A stretch of 64,000 nt of DNA from Candidatus Lambdaproteobacteria bacterium RIFOXYD2_FULL_56_26. Lineage in GTDB: Bacteria > SAR324 > XYD2-FULL-50-16. A program made the position numbers and the translations under genes. Positions 9,964-19,666 of the stretch are shown here, piece after piece. Where the stretch lies: assembly GCA_001783715.1 (NCBI GenBank), contig MFNF01000061.1, positions 6,722-70,721 of the forward strand. The letters are read 5' to 3'. Positions within the stretch are counted from its first letter, which is position 1. Each line of letters starts with the position of its first letter. The notes under the pieces are model-generated. The model was not told the origin of the DNA. It did no database searches and saw only the letters and a list, made by a program, of their open reading frames with translations.

Positions 9964-10299
9964 ATGAGCTTTGAAGTCAACGGCAAGACCATCGAGACCG
10001 ATGAGGACGGATATTTAAAAGATGTGACCCAGTGGTCGAAAGAAGCAGCCGAATATCTGGCCAAGACCGAAGACGTGACCATGACCGACAAGCATTGGGA
10101 AGTGATCAACTTCTTGCGGGATTATTATGGTCAGTACCAAATCGCCCCGATGGTGAAGATTTTGACCAAGGAAATCGCCAGCCTGCACGGGATCGACAAA
10201 AAGGATGCTTCCAAGATGCTGTACGACCTGTTCCCTTCGGGACCGGCCAAGCAGGCCTGCAAGATCGCCGGGCTGCCCAAGCCGACCGGCTGCGTTTAG
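9964..10299 (+). CDS. dsrC: DsrC, dissimilatory sulfite reductase gamma subunit / TusE-like sulfur carrier
   Basis: 111 aa ending in the DsrC C-terminal arm ...AGLPKPTGCV with both conserved Cys; ATG at 9964 follows the AT-rich leader. Confidence 0.9.
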   Translation: MSFEVNGKTIETDEDGYLKDVTQWSKEAAEYLAKTEDVTMTDKHWEVINFLRDYYGQYQIAPMVKILTKEIASLHGIDKKDASKMLYDLFPSGPAKQACKIAGLPKPTGCV

Positions 10300-10320
10300 G
10301 CCAAAGGGCGAACCCAAGAA

Positions 10321-10347
10321 AAACCATTTGGGGATTCCGGGACCCCC
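10321..10347 (+). other. GC-rich stem-loop in the dsrC-dsrA intergenic region
   Basis: ggggattccggg-acc-cccggaacccc: ~11-bp stem with one bulge; no U-tract follows. Confidence 0.35.
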
Positions 10348-10379
10348 GGAACCCCCACTGACAAAACCCAGGAGAGAGA

Positions 10380-11585
10380 ATGTCAAACCAAGCGCACAGC
10401 TCAAGCGAAACGCCCTTGTTGGATGAATTGCTCAAAGGTCGGTGGCCCAGTTTCGTCAAAGAGATGAAAGAAATGGCGGACACCAAACCGATGGTCAGGG
10501 ACGTGTTGCGGCAGCTGGAAAAATCATATGTCGATAAAAAGACCCACTGGAAGCATGGCGGTATCGTTGGGGTGAAGGGATACGGTGGGGGCATCATCGG
10601 TCGCTACTCGGACAGCCCCGATGAATTCCCCGGCGCAGCCCACTTTCACACGGTACGGGTCAACCAACCGGCCGGGTGGTTCTATTCCTCTCAAGCATTG
10701 AGAGACCTTTGCGACATCTTTGAGAAATACGGTTCCGGTTTGACCAACATGCATGGTTCCACCGGCGACATCATTCTCCTGGGCACCACCACCGACGAAT
10801 TGGAACCGATCTTCTCGGCGTTGACCGAAAAGGGTTGGGACTTGGGCGGCTCCGGTTCGGCGCTGCGCACCCCCAGCTGCTGCGTTGGGCCTGCTCGTTG
10901 CGAATGGGCGATGTTTGACTGTCTGGACCTGTGCCACGACATCACCCACCATTACCAGGACGAGATTCACCGCCCTGCCTTCCCCTACAAGTTTAAGATC
11001 AAGGTTTCCGGCTGCCCCAACGACTGCGTCTCGGCCATTGCTCGGGCCGACTTTTCGGTGATCGGCACCTGGAAAGACCATATCCAGGTCAACCAAGCGG
11101 CCATGCAAGAGTATGTTGCCAAGGGCCGCAACCCGATCAAGGATGCCGTCCTGCTCTGCCCCACCAAAGCGATTGATTGGGATGGGAAAGAGATCAAGAT
11201 CGACAACGAAAACTGTGTGCGCTGTATGCAGTGCATCAACGCCTACCCCAAGGCCCTCAAACCGGGCAAGGAACGTGGGGCCACGATTTTGATTGGGGCC
11301 AAGGCTCCGATCGTCCAAGGGGCACTGTTCAGCTCGGTGCTGGTTCCCTTCATGGAACTGGAAAAACCCTATGACGACCTCAAGGAACTGCTCGAAAAAC
11401 TTTGGGACGTTTGGGACGACCACGGAGAAAACAAAGAGCGGATCGGCGAATTGGTGGAGCGGATGGGCAAAGGGGAGTTCCTTGAGCGCATCGGGATCAA
11501 GCCGGACATCCAGATGGTCATCCATCCCCGGGAGAATCCTTACGTCTTTTACGACGAGTACTACGAAGAAGTGGACGAAAAATAA
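10380..11585 (+). CDS. dsrA: dissimilatory sulfite reductase alpha subunit
   Basis: 401 aa with sirohaem-[4Fe-4S] Cys clusters (CCVGPARC...C, CPNDC) and a ferredoxin-like insert (CPTKAIDW...CVRCMQC); colinear with dsrB. Confidence 0.92.
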   Translation: MSNQAHSSSETPLLDELLKGRWPSFVKEMKEMADTKPMVRDVLRQLEKSYVDKKTHWKHGGIVGVKGYGGGIIGRYSDSPDEFPGAAHFHTVRVNQPAGWFYSSQALRDLCDIFEKYGSGLTNMHGSTGDIILLGTTTDELEPIFSALTEKGWDLGGSGSALRTPSCCVGPARCEWAMFDCLDLCHDITHHYQDEIHRPAFPYKFKIKVSGCPNDCVSAIARADFSVIGTWKDHIQVNQAAMQEYVAKGRNPIKDAVLLCPTKAIDWDGKEIKIDNENCVRCMQCINAYPKALKPGKERGATILIGAKAPIVQGALFSSVLVPFMELEKPYDDLKELLEKLWDVWDDHGENKERIGELVERMGKGEFLERIGIKPDIQMVIHPRENPYVFYDEYYEEVDEK

Positions 11586-11653
11586 ACCCTTTGGACGGAC
11601 TCGCCCAAAAGCAACTTGCATTGGACTAACCCCTTTTGCTTTAAGGAACCTAC

Positions 11654-12724
11654 ATGAACGTCAGAAAAACAGATATCGGATGTCCCGATTACAAACAGTT
11701 CCTGCCGCCGATGATTCTCAAGAATTACGGCCAATGGGATTGGCATGAAGTGATCAAGCCCGGCGTATTTGTCCATCAGGCCGAATCCGGCGACCGGCTT
11801 TACACCGTCAGGGTAGGCAGCCCCCGGCTTTTGAACGTCAAGTCGCTGCGGTTTTTTACCGATGTGGCCGACAAGTACTGCGACGGCTTTTTGCGGTTTA
11901 CCAGCCGGAGCAACGTGGAATTCATGACCCCGGTGTTCGAGAACATCGACCCGATGATCGCCATGCTGCAAAGCGAAGGCTGGCCGGTCGGCGGTACCGC
12001 CAACTCGGCCTCCAACGTGATCCATACCCAAGGCTGGGTCCATTGCCACACCAGTGCTACCGATGCTTCGGGGCTGGTCAAATGTGTGATGGACGACCTT
12101 TATGACGACTTCACCAACCACAGCCTGCCCGGTCGGATGAAGTTGGCGGTCGCCTGTTGCCTCAACATGTGCGGGGCGGTTCACGCTTCGGACATTGCGA
12201 TTTTGGGCATCCACCGCCGTCCGCCGAAAGTGGACCCCCACAATCTGGCCAACTACTGCGAGGTGCCGACTACCATCGCTGCTTGTCCGACCGGCGCTAT
12301 CCGGGCCGACATTTTGGATGGCCAAAAAACCTTGAAAATCAACGAGTCCCAGTGTATGTACTGCGGCGCTTGTTACACCGCCTGCCCCAAGCTGCCCATC
12401 GCCGACTCGGTCAACGATGGTCTTTCCATTTGGGTTGGCGGCAAGTGCGCCAACGCCCGTTCTACCCCTCGGTTTACCAAAATGGTGGTGCCCTTTATCC
12501 CCAACAACCCACCTCGGTGGCCTGAAGTGGTTGAAGCGGTGCGGACCATCGTGGATGTGTACAAGGCCCATGGGAAACCTTGGGAGCGGTTGGCCGATAT
12601 GATCGACCGGATCGGTTGGGCGAGGTTCTTCAAACTCACCGGGTTTGAGTTCACCAAGTACCACATCGACGATTACAAGTTGGCGACCAAGTCGTACAAC
12701 GCTTCCACTCACCTGCGTTTCTAA
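11654..12724 (+). CDS. dsrB: dissimilatory sulfite reductase beta subunit
   Basis: 356 aa with DsrB motifs ([25 protein letters not shown]) and a ferredoxin domain (CPTGAIR...[12 protein letters not shown]). Confidence 0.92.
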   Translation: MNVRKTDIGCPDYKQFLPPMILKNYGQWDWHEVIKPGVFVHQAESGDRLYTVRVGSPRLLNVKSLRFFTDVADKYCDGFLRFTSRSNVEFMTPVFENIDPMIAMLQSEGWPVGGTANSASNVIHTQGWVHCHTSATDASGLVKCVMDDLYDDFTNHSLPGRMKLAVACCLNMCGAVHASDIAILGIHRRPPKVDPHNLANYCEVPTTIAACPTGAIRADILDGQKTLKINESQCMYCGACYTACPKLPIADSVNDGLSIWVGGKCANARSTPRFTKMVVPFIPNNPPRWPEVVEAVRTIVDVYKAHGKPWERLADMIDRIGWARFFKLTGFEFTKYHIDDYKLATKSYNASTHLRF

Positions 12725-12734
12725 AGGAGACCTT

Positions 12735-12983
12735 ATGGCAGTAGATACCCAAACCATTGCCGATGCCATGTTGGCAATGGTTACCGAAGCAGCCGGCGTG
12801 AAGCGCTACAAGCCCGGCGACTTGAGCAAAGCCATGGTGGCCAAATTTGCCGATGACGGTGTCAGCAAGGACGATTGCAAAGACGCAATCCGGGTCTTGG
12901 TGGACAGCGAGAAGTTGGTTTACACCTACTTCAACGGTACCTGGCTGGAAATTCCCCACCAGGAAGGTTCCGCAAAAGGGTAA
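12735..12983 (+). CDS. dsrD: DsrD (small winged-helix protein of reductive dsr operons)
   Basis: 82-aa ORF immediately after dsrB with RBS aaggaga; size, position and K/Y/F-rich winged-helix-like pattern fit DsrD. Confidence 0.7.
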   Translation: MAVDTQTIADAMLAMVTEAAGVKRYKPGDLSKAMVAKFADDGVSKDDCKDAIRVLVDSEKLVYTYFNGTWLEIPHQEGSAKG

Positions 12984-13009
12984 GGCTCCAGGGCCTCCCG
13001 TTTGTTTTT

Positions 13010-13049
13010 CCTCCCCCGGCTCTGGGACCTGTGCCCAGAGTAGGGGAGG
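13010..13049 (+). other. strong stem-loop in the dsrD-downstream intergenic region
   Basis: cctcccccggctctggg-acctgtg-cccagag-ta-gggggagg: ~15 paired bases; no downstream U-run, so not a canonical intrinsic terminator. Confidence 0.4.
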
Positions 13050-13089
13050 CCATACCTCCATCCATGTCCACCTTTACCCAGAGGTTCAG

Positions 13090-13458
13090 ATGTTTGTGAT
13101 TTCCCAAAAGGCGGCAGAAAAGTTTCTGGAGTCCATGGAACAGATCGGCGAGACCGGCTTGTTTTTGCGGGTTGCCGCCCGCAAGCACCCCGACCAGGGG
13201 ATTGCCTACAACATGGGCTTTGACCACGCCACCCCTGAGGACAAGCAGTTTGAAATGGCGGGCCTTAAGGTCTGCTATGATGAAGAAACAGAGCCGAACA
13301 TCAAGGACATGGTGATCGACTTTGGGGAGCATGACGGCATCGAGCAGTTTATCTTTATGAATCCCCAAGACGCTCCCGCCAACGACCCCAGCAGTTGCGG
13401 AACCACCAAGGGTTCGGGCAGTTGCGGTTCGGGCAAGGGCACCTGCACCTGCGGTTAG
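13090..13458 (+). CDS. IscA/HesB-fold protein lacking the canonical IscA Cys ligands, with a Cys/Gly-rich C-terminal tail (DsrR-like?)
   Basis: N-terminal ~95 aa align to the IscA fold (GLFLRVAARKHPDQGIAYNMGFD...FIFMNP), but the CxGC/CGCG ligands are replaced by SSCGTTKGSGSCGSGKGTCTCG. Confidence 0.55.
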   Translation: MFVISQKAAEKFLESMEQIGETGLFLRVAARKHPDQGIAYNMGFDHATPEDKQFEMAGLKVCYDEETEPNIKDMVIDFGEHDGIEQFIFMNPQDAPANDPSSCGTTKGSGSCGSGKGTCTCG

Positions 13459-13461
13459 GCG

Positions 13462-13980
13462 GTGATGGATCTGGAAACATTGCTCAGGGAACAGCAGGAT
13501 TCCATCTTGGAAGCTTGGCTGAATGCGGTTTTTGAGCTGTACCCGGTTGAGGCTTGGCGGTTTTTAAAATCCTCCCGAGACTTTTACCAAAACCCCTTGG
13601 GCCACACCCTGGCCTCGGGGCTGAGGGGGCTTTATGCTGAGCTTTTGGAAGGGACCGATGCCAACAAATTGGCCCCTTTGCTCGACCAAGTGATCCGGGT
13701 GTTGGCGGTGCAGGAACTGTTGCCCAGCCAAGCGCTCAATTTTTTGTTTTACTTGAAACGGATCGTTCGGACCCAGGCGGAGAAACAAGGTCTCTCCCCC
13801 CAAGACCCCGAACTTTTGGGCTTTGACAACGTAGTGGACCAACTGTTGCGGCTTTCTTTCGACATTTACGTCAAATGTCGTGAAAGGATCTTTCAACTCA
13901 AGGTGGAAGAGCAGACCCTCCAGACCGAAAAACTGATCCAATTGGCCAACAGCGGCTTTGGGGCGCTTAGAAAACTTTAA
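13462..13980 (+). CDS. conserved hypothetical protein between the dsrR-like ORF and dsrM (possible DsrT-like)
   Basis: 172-aa soluble helical ORF, translationally adjacent to dsrM; assignment to DsrT rests on position and size, not a recognised motif. Confidence 0.35.
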   Translation: MMDLETLLREQQDSILEAWLNAVFELYPVEAWRFLKSSRDFYQNPLGHTLASGLRGLYAELLEGTDANKLAPLLDQVIRVLAVQELLPSQALNFLFYLKRIVRTQAEKQGLSPQDPELLGFDNVVDQLLRLSFDIYVKCRERIFQLKVEEQTLQTEKLIQLANSGFGALRKL

Positions 13981-14998
13981 TCAGGTAACGACCGTGAGAA
14001 TCCTTCTTCCCTTTGTCACCACCTTGGTTTTGGGTGCCGCCGCCTATTTTTTCGCCCAGGCGGGGGCCCAGTGGTTTTTGGGGGTCCTGCTGCCCTACTT
14101 GGCCTTTGTGGTGTTTGTGGTGGGCTTTTCGGCCAAGATCCTCTCCTGGGCTAAAGTGCCGGTTCCCTTCCGCATCCAGACCACCTGCGGGCAAGCGAAG
14201 TCCTTGGACTGGATCAAGGCCAACGAACTGGAATCCCCTCACACCAAATTGGGGGTAGTGGTACGGATGGCTTTGGAAGTATTGGTGTTCCGCAGCCTTT
14301 TTCGCAACACCTGGACCACCTTAAAAAGAGACGAGAAAAACGGCCCCCGGCTGGTCCACGAGTCGGACAAAAGCCTTTGGCTGTTTGGGCTTTTGTTCCA
14401 CTGGTCCTTTTTGCTGATCTTTGTGCGGCACTACCGGTTTTTCCTGGAGCCGGTGCCCTTTTTTGTCCCGATTTTGGAAAGGTTTGACGGGCTGTTCCAG
14501 ATCACCTTGCCCACCTTTTACCTGACCGATCTTTTGATCCTACTGGGGATCACCGCCCTCTTTTTGCGCCGGTTGGTGGACCCGAAGGTCAAGGCCATTT
14601 CTCTGCCTGCCGACTTCTTCCCGCTCTTTTTGATCGGGGCGATTGCCTGCACCGGCATTGCCATGCGCTATGTCCACAAAGTGGACATCACCAAGGTCAA
14701 GGCCCACATCCAGGGGCTGATGGCCTTTAACCCCGGAGCGACGGACCTTGAGATCGGGGCGATCTTTTACGCCCACCTCGCCTTGGTGAGTGTGTTGGCC
14801 ATGTACTTTCCCTTTTCCAAGTTGATGCACATGGGCGGGGTCTTTTTTAGCCCGACCCGGAACCAGACCAATGACTCCAGGGAAGTCCGGCACCTCAACC
14901 CCTGGAACCCGAAGATGAAGATTCGCACCTATGCCGAGTATGAAGACGAGTTCCGCACCAAAATGAAGTCGGCGGGTCTGCCTTTGGACCAAGAATAG
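13958..14998 (+). CDS. dsrM: DsrM, membrane haem-b subunit (NarI-like) of the DsrMKJOP complex
   Basis: 346 aa, five or more TM helices with conserved His in helices, NarI-like; 5' end overlaps the previous ORF, so an internal start near 13994 is possible. Confidence 0.85.
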   Translation: MGRLENFNQVTTVRILLPFVTTLVLGAAAYFFAQAGAQWFLGVLLPYLAFVVFVVGFSAKILSWAKVPVPFRIQTTCGQAKSLDWIKANELESPHTKLGVVVRMALEVLVFRSLFRNTWTTLKRDEKNGPRLVHESDKSLWLFGLLFHWSFLLIFVRHYRFFLEPVPFFVPILERFDGLFQITLPTFYLTDLLILLGITALFLRRLVDPKVKAISLPADFFPLFLIGAIACTGIAMRYVHKVDITKVKAHIQGLMAFNPGATDLEIGAIFYAHLALVSVLAMYFPFSKLMHMGGVFFSPTRNQTNDSREVRHLNPWNPKMKIRTYAEYEDEFRTKMKSAGLPLDQE

Positions 14999-15027
14999 GT
15001 TATCCCTAGCCCAATCAGGATAAGGTT

Positions 15028-16704
15028 ATGTCGAAATATGTACCGAAAATGGCCGAAATGGCCGCCTTGATGAACGGGCAACAAAGCCTGCTCACCGGCA
15101 AAGCTCCCGCCAGCGGCTGGCTGGAGACCCCACCGGAATTCCGGCCCGGCAACTACTGCTACAGTGCCAAGCCCGAAGCGCTCAACGGGTTGGGCCTGCC
15201 CCACCCCCGAGAGTGGGACCCCGCCGAGGCGGACTGGAAGCTGCCCGAGAACTGGATGCAGCTCATGCGAGACGGCATGAAGGCTCGGCTGGAGAAGAAC
15301 CGGGCCTTTAAATTGTTCATGGATGTTTGCGTCCGCTGCGGTGCCTGTGCCGACAAGTGCCACTTCTTTTTGGGCACCGGGGACCCCAAGAACATGCCGG
15401 TCATGCGGGCCGAACTGATGCGCTCGATCTACCGGGGGGAGTTCACCACCGCCGGGAAGATCTTGGGCAAACTGGGCGGAGCCCGGAAGTTCACCGAAGA
15501 CGCAGTCAAAGAATGGTACATGTATTATTACCAATGTACCGAATGCCGCCGCTGCTCGGTCTTCTGCCCCTACGGGATCGACACCGCCGAAATCACCATG
15601 ATGGCTAGGGAGATGTTGCACCTGATCGGGGTCAACATCAACTGGATCCTCAAACCCGCTTCGGACTGCAACCGCACCGGGAACCACCTGGGGCTGGAGC
15701 CCCACGCCTTTGTCTCTTCGGTCAACAGCATCTGTGAGGACCTCGAAGATGTCACCGGCATCGCCATTGAACCCAGCTTCAACCGCAAGGGGGCAGAGGT
15801 GTTGTTCATCACCCCTTCCGCCGATGCTTTTGCCGTGCCGGGCATGTACACCATGATGGGTTACCTGCTCTTGTTTGAACACATCGGCTTGGACTACACC
15901 ATCAGCACCTATGCCTCCGAAGGGGGCAACTTTGGGCTTTTTTCCTCCAACGAGATCATGAAAAAGCTCAACGCCAAGATGTACCACGAGGCGGAGCGGC
16001 TCAAGGTCAAGTGGATCTTGGGCGGAGAGTGCGGCCACATGTGGCGGGTGGTTCACCAGTACATGGGCACCATGAACGGCCCGGCGGACTTCCTAGAGGT
16101 CCCCAAGAGCCCGATCACCGGCACGGTCTTTCACAACGCCAAGGCCACCAAAATGGTGCACATCGCCGAGTTCACCGCCGACCTGATCCGGCACAAAAAA
16201 CTGAAGCTCGACCCCTCTCGGAACAACCACCGGAACGTCACCTTCCATGACTCCTGCAACACCAGCCGGGGCATGGGGATGATCGAAGAGCCCAGGTACA
16301 TCTTAAACGCTGTGACCAACAACTTCCATGAAATGGACGAAAACTGCATCAAGGAGAAGACCTTCTGCTGCGGTTCCGGCTCGGGGCTCAACACCGAGGA
16401 ATACATGGACATTCGGATGCGAGGCGGTTTCCCCCGTGCTTCGGCGGTCAAGGAAGTCAAAGAGAAAAAAGGGGTCAACATGTTGACCGCCATTTGTGCC
16501 ATCGACCGGGTAGCACTGACCGCCAGCATGAACTACTGGGTCCCTGGAGTCGGGGTTTCGGGTTTGCACGAGCTGGTGGGCAACGCTTTGGTGATGGAAG
16601 GCGAAAAGAGCCGAACCGAAGACTTGCGAGAGGAAGACATGGATGTTGAAGTGAAGGGAGCAGACGCACAAGCAGCCGAGAAGGAGGAGGAAAAAGATGT
16701 ATAA
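15028..16704 (+). CDS. dsrK: DsrK, HdrD-like catalytic subunit with CCG domains
   Basis: 558 aa; ferredoxin-like CxxCxxCxxxC (CVRCGACADKC, CTECRRCSVFCP) and CCG-domain Cys motifs (CCGSGSG). Confidence 0.9.
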   Translation: MSKYVPKMAEMAALMNGQQSLLTGKAPASGWLETPPEFRPGNYCYSAKPEALNGLGLPHPREWDPAEADWKLPENWMQLMRDGMKARLEKNRAFKLFMDVCVRCGACADKCHFFLGTGDPKNMPVMRAELMRSIYRGEFTTAGKILGKLGGARKFTEDAVKEWYMYYYQCTECRRCSVFCPYGIDTAEITMMAREMLHLIGVNINWILKPASDCNRTGNHLGLEPHAFVSSVNSICEDLEDVTGIAIEPSFNRKGAEVLFITPSADAFAVPGMYTMMGYLLLFEHIGLDYTISTYASEGGNFGLFSSNEIMKKLNAKMYHEAERLKVKWILGGECGHMWRVVHQYMGTMNGPADFLEVPKSPITGTVFHNAKATKMVHIAEFTADLIRHKKLKLDPSRNNHRNVTFHDSCNTSRGMGMIEEPRYILNAVTNNFHEMDENCIKEKTFCCGSGSGLNTEEYMDIRMRGGFPRASAVKEVKEKKGVNMLTAICAIDRVALTASMNYWVPGVGVSGLHELVGNALVMEGEKSRTEDLREEDMDVEVKGADAQAAEKEEEKDV

Positions 16705-17074
16705 CGCCAAGATCATTCTTCCGGTCCTGCTGGTTTTTTTAGGTTTGTTGACCTACCCGCTGTGGTCCCAAAAAGCCTCGGCCCCTCCGGTCCTGGCTAC
16801 CCCGCTCAAAGGGGAGCATTGTATTGAATCCAAGGATTGGATGCGGGCCAACCACATGCAGCTGTTGGAACAGTGGCGGCATTCGGTGGTCCGGGACCAA
16901 AACCGGGACCATGTCGCTACCGATGGCCAGCATTACAACAAAAGTCTGAGTAACACCTGCCTGGACTGCCACCAAAAAGAACAGTTTTGCGACAGTTGCC
17001 ATACCTACGCCAGCGTCCACCCCTACTGCTGGGAATGCCATTTTGACCCCAAGGAGGTGAACCATGTCCATTGA
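16697..17074 (+). CDS. dsrJ: DsrJ, periplasmic trihaem cytochrome c
   Basis: 125 aa, signal anchor, three CxxCH motifs (CLDCH, CDSCH, CWECH); start overlaps dsrK. Confidence 0.9.
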   Translation: MYNAKIILPVLLVFLGLLTYPLWSQKASAPPVLATPLKGEHCIESKDWMRANHMQLLEQWRHSVVRDQNRDHVATDGQHYNKSLSNTCLDCHQKEQFCDSCHTYASVHPYCWECHFDPKEVNHVH

Positions 17075-17843
17075 CCGGAGAGATTTTTTGAAGAAACTGG
17101 GCTTGGGCTCCATGGTGAGCCTGGGCGGTTTCGGGTTTTTGAAAAAAATGGGTGGCCCGGAAGAGGCGATTGCTTCGGGGGCGACCTTGGAAACCGCCGA
17201 CCCCAACAAAGTACGTTGGGGCATGGTGATCGAAATGGGCAAGTGCCAGGAAGGTTGCACCGACTGCATCTCGGTCTGCCACCTGACCCACAACGTACCC
17301 GACCATGGGAACAAAAAAGACGAGATCAAGTGGATCTGGAAAACCGGCTACAAGCACCTCTTTACCAATGAGGCGCACCAGTACGCCCAGGATGGTTTGC
17401 CGGACAAGCCCTTTTTGACCTTGTGCAACCACTGCGACAACCCCCCTTGCACCCGGGTGTGCCCCACCGAAGCGACCTTCGCTCGGCCCGATGGGATTGT
17501 GCAGATGGACTTCCACCGCTGCATCGGCTGTAGGTTTTGTATGGCCGGCTGCCCTTACGGTTCCAGGAGCTTCAACTGGCGGGACCCCAGACCGAACCTC
17601 AAGGAAATCAACCCCAATTTCCCGACCCGAGAGCGTGGAGTGGTGGAGAAGTGTAATTTCTGTACCGAACGGATCGACAAGGGAGAACGTCCCGCTTGTG
17701 TCGAGGCCTGCAAGGAAGGGGTACTGACCTTCGGTAACCTCAACGACCCCAATTCGGAGATCCGGCAACTGCTGGCCGAAAAACGTACCAACCAACGAAA
17801 ACCCGAGTTGGGCACCAAGCCCTCGGTGTTTTACATCGTCTGA
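17064..17843 (+). CDS. dsrO: DsrO, periplasmic ferredoxin-like Fe-S subunit (Tat-exported)
   Basis: Twin-arginine motif RRDFLKK; multiple 4Fe-4S Cys clusters ([34 protein letters not shown]...C). Confidence 0.9.
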   Translation: MSIDRRDFLKKLGLGSMVSLGGFGFLKKMGGPEEAIASGATLETADPNKVRWGMVIEMGKCQEGCTDCISVCHLTHNVPDHGNKKDEIKWIWKTGYKHLFTNEAHQYAQDGLPDKPFLTLCNHCDNPPCTRVCPTEATFARPDGIVQMDFHRCIGCRFCMAGCPYGSRSFNWRDPRPNLKEINPNFPTRERGVVEKCNFCTERIDKGERPACVEACKEGVLTFGNLNDPNSEIRQLLAEKRTNQRKPELGTKPSVFYIV

Positions 17844-17857
17844 GCCGGGAGAACGAA

Positions 17858-19009
17858 ATGATTGAAAAGGCATTGACCGGAAACCGGAGCTACTTTGGCT
17901 GGCTGGCTCTGTTGGCCCTGGTGGCGGCCAACGGGGTTTATTTTTACGGGCAGCAGTTGACCTACGGTCTGGGGATCACCGGGATGAGCCGGGACATCTC
18001 CTGGGGGGTTTACATCGCCCAATTCACCTTCATGGTCGGCGTGGCCGCCAGTGCGGTGATGTTGGTTCTGCCCTACTACATCCACAACTACAAAGCCTTC
18101 GGGAAGATTGTGGTGTTGGGGGAGTTTTTGGCGGTGGCGGCGGTCTCCATGTGCATGATGTTTATCATGGTGGACATGGGCAAGCCGATGCGGTTCCTCA
18201 ACGTCATGCTTTACCCCTCACCCCACTCGATCCTCTTTTGGGATGCGACGGTGCTCAACGTTTACCTGTTCCTCAACCTGCTTTGCGGTTGGGTGGCCTT
18301 GGAGTCGGAAAAAAAGGGCACTCCCCCGCCCAAGTGGCTCAAGCCCTTTATCTACCTGTCCATCCCTTGGGCCTTTTCGATCCACACGGTGACCGCCTTT
18401 TTGTACGCCGGTTTGCCCGGAAGGCACCTGTGGCTGACCGCCATCATGGCCCCTCGCTTTTTGGCCTCCGCCTTTGCCGCCGGTCCGGCTTTGTTGATCC
18501 TCCTAGCCTTGCTGCTGCGCCGGGTGGCCAAGTTTGATGCCGGGGACGAAGCGATCCAAAAGCTGGCCACCATCGTCACTTACGGGGTGATCGCCAACTT
18601 CTTTTTTATTGGCTTGGAGTTTTTTACCGCTTACTATTCGGGGATCCCCAGTCACCAACACAACCTGGACTACCTCTTTTTTGTGCTGGAAGGGCACGGC
18701 AACTTGGTACCCTTCTTGTGGACCTCGGTAGTTTTGGGTTTTGCCGGGATGGGCGGACTGTTGTGGCCGGGGTTGCGGAAAAACGAAAGGATTTTGGGCC
18801 TGATTTGCGGGGCGATCTTCATTTCCCTGTGGATCGACAAAGGGATCGGGTTGGTGATCGGTGGTTTTATCCCCAACCCCTTGGAAGAGATCACCGAATA
18901 CTACATCACCTGGCCCGAGTTTTCCATCACCTTGGGGATCTGGGCGATTGGGGCGATGATCTTGACCTTGCTGTACAAAATCGCCCTTTCGGTGAAAAAG
19001 GCCCAATAG
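17858..19009 (+). CDS. dsrP: DsrP, NrfD/PsrC-family integral membrane quinone-interacting subunit
   Basis: 383 aa with ~10 TM helices, NrfD-like, directly after dsrO. Confidence 0.88.
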   Translation: MIEKALTGNRSYFGWLALLALVAANGVYFYGQQLTYGLGITGMSRDISWGVYIAQFTFMVGVAASAVMLVLPYYIHNYKAFGKIVVLGEFLAVAAVSMCMMFIMVDMGKPMRFLNVMLYPSPHSILFWDATVLNVYLFLNLLCGWVALESEKKGTPPPKWLKPFIYLSIPWAFSIHTVTAFLYAGLPGRHLWLTAIMAPRFLASAFAAGPALLILLALLLRRVAKFDAGDEAIQKLATIVTYGVIANFFFIGLEFFTAYYSGIPSHQHNLDYLFFVLEGHGNLVPFLWTSVVLGFAGMGGLLWPGLRKNERILGLICGAIFISLWIDKGIGLVIGGFIPNPLEEITEYYITWPEFSITLGIWAIGAMILTLLYKIALSVKKAQ

Positions 19010-19016
19010 GACAACC

Positions 19017-19409
19017 ATGGAATTTGAACGGCAAGAGATTGAACTGGCCTTGACCTATGTCGAGTTTGTGGACATCACCGCTTCCCTGGACCAAGAAGGC
19101 TCGGTGGTGTTTACCCGCAGCCCCTTGCCCGAAGGGATCGGCCCCGAAATGGCCGAGGAGATCAATTTTGTGGTGGATTATTACCAACGGATGATCTTCA
19201 ACGGCGACCTGGACCCGGAAGAGGAAGACCCCACCCTGCCCGTCTTTGAAGACCCGCTGGGTGAGATCAACTTCAAGCTCAAACGGTACCAGTCCGAACT
19301 GGCTTTGGAGCTAAAAAAATCCCTGGGTGTTGCCGACCACCGGAACATCAACCCCTATGCCAGGGTAATGTTACAGTACGCCGCCGAGGTCCAGAAAAAA
19401 AAATCCTGA
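19017..19409 (+). CDS. uncharacterised acidic protein translationally coupled to dsrP
   Basis: 130-aa ORF starting 8 nt after the dsrP stop; highly acidic (many E/D), no recognisable motif. Confidence 0.4.
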   Translation: MEFERQEIELALTYVEFVDITASLDQEGSVVFTRSPLPEGIGPEMAEEINFVVDYYQRMIFNGDLDPEEEDPTLPVFEDPLGEINFKLKRYQSELALELKKSLGVADHRNINPYARVMLQYAAEVQKKKS

Positions 19410-19666
19410 ATTTTTTCATCCCTTTGGTGGCTTATTTCTACGAAGCCTTTTCCCCTCCCCTGGAGCGGGGCCAATCTCTTAGAGTTGAAATTCATGGAAG
19501 TGGGTTGACCACAAGGCCCGGTTCCAAGTACTACTCTACCAATTGCCCCCGTCCGCCTGTTCTTTTGCCTAAAATTTGGTTCTAGATCTAGGCCGCTTGG
19601 GGGGACCCATTTTTTCTCTACCCGTCCAATAAAAACCGATTTATCACCTGTGCCAGAAAGGGAAAC

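Noticed and set aside
10524-12769. Long minus-strand ORFs (365 aa and 402 aa) overlapping dsrA and dsrB
   Set aside because: These are antisense to strongly conserved DsrA/DsrB sequences. They have no motifs, and an open reading frame of that length is expected on the antisense of high-GC genes.
14929-17873. Minus-strand ORFs (375 aa, 196 aa, 318 aa) across dsrK/dsrJ/dsrO
   Set aside because: These are antisense to genes with diagnostic Fe-S and haem motifs, and their composition is not protein-like.
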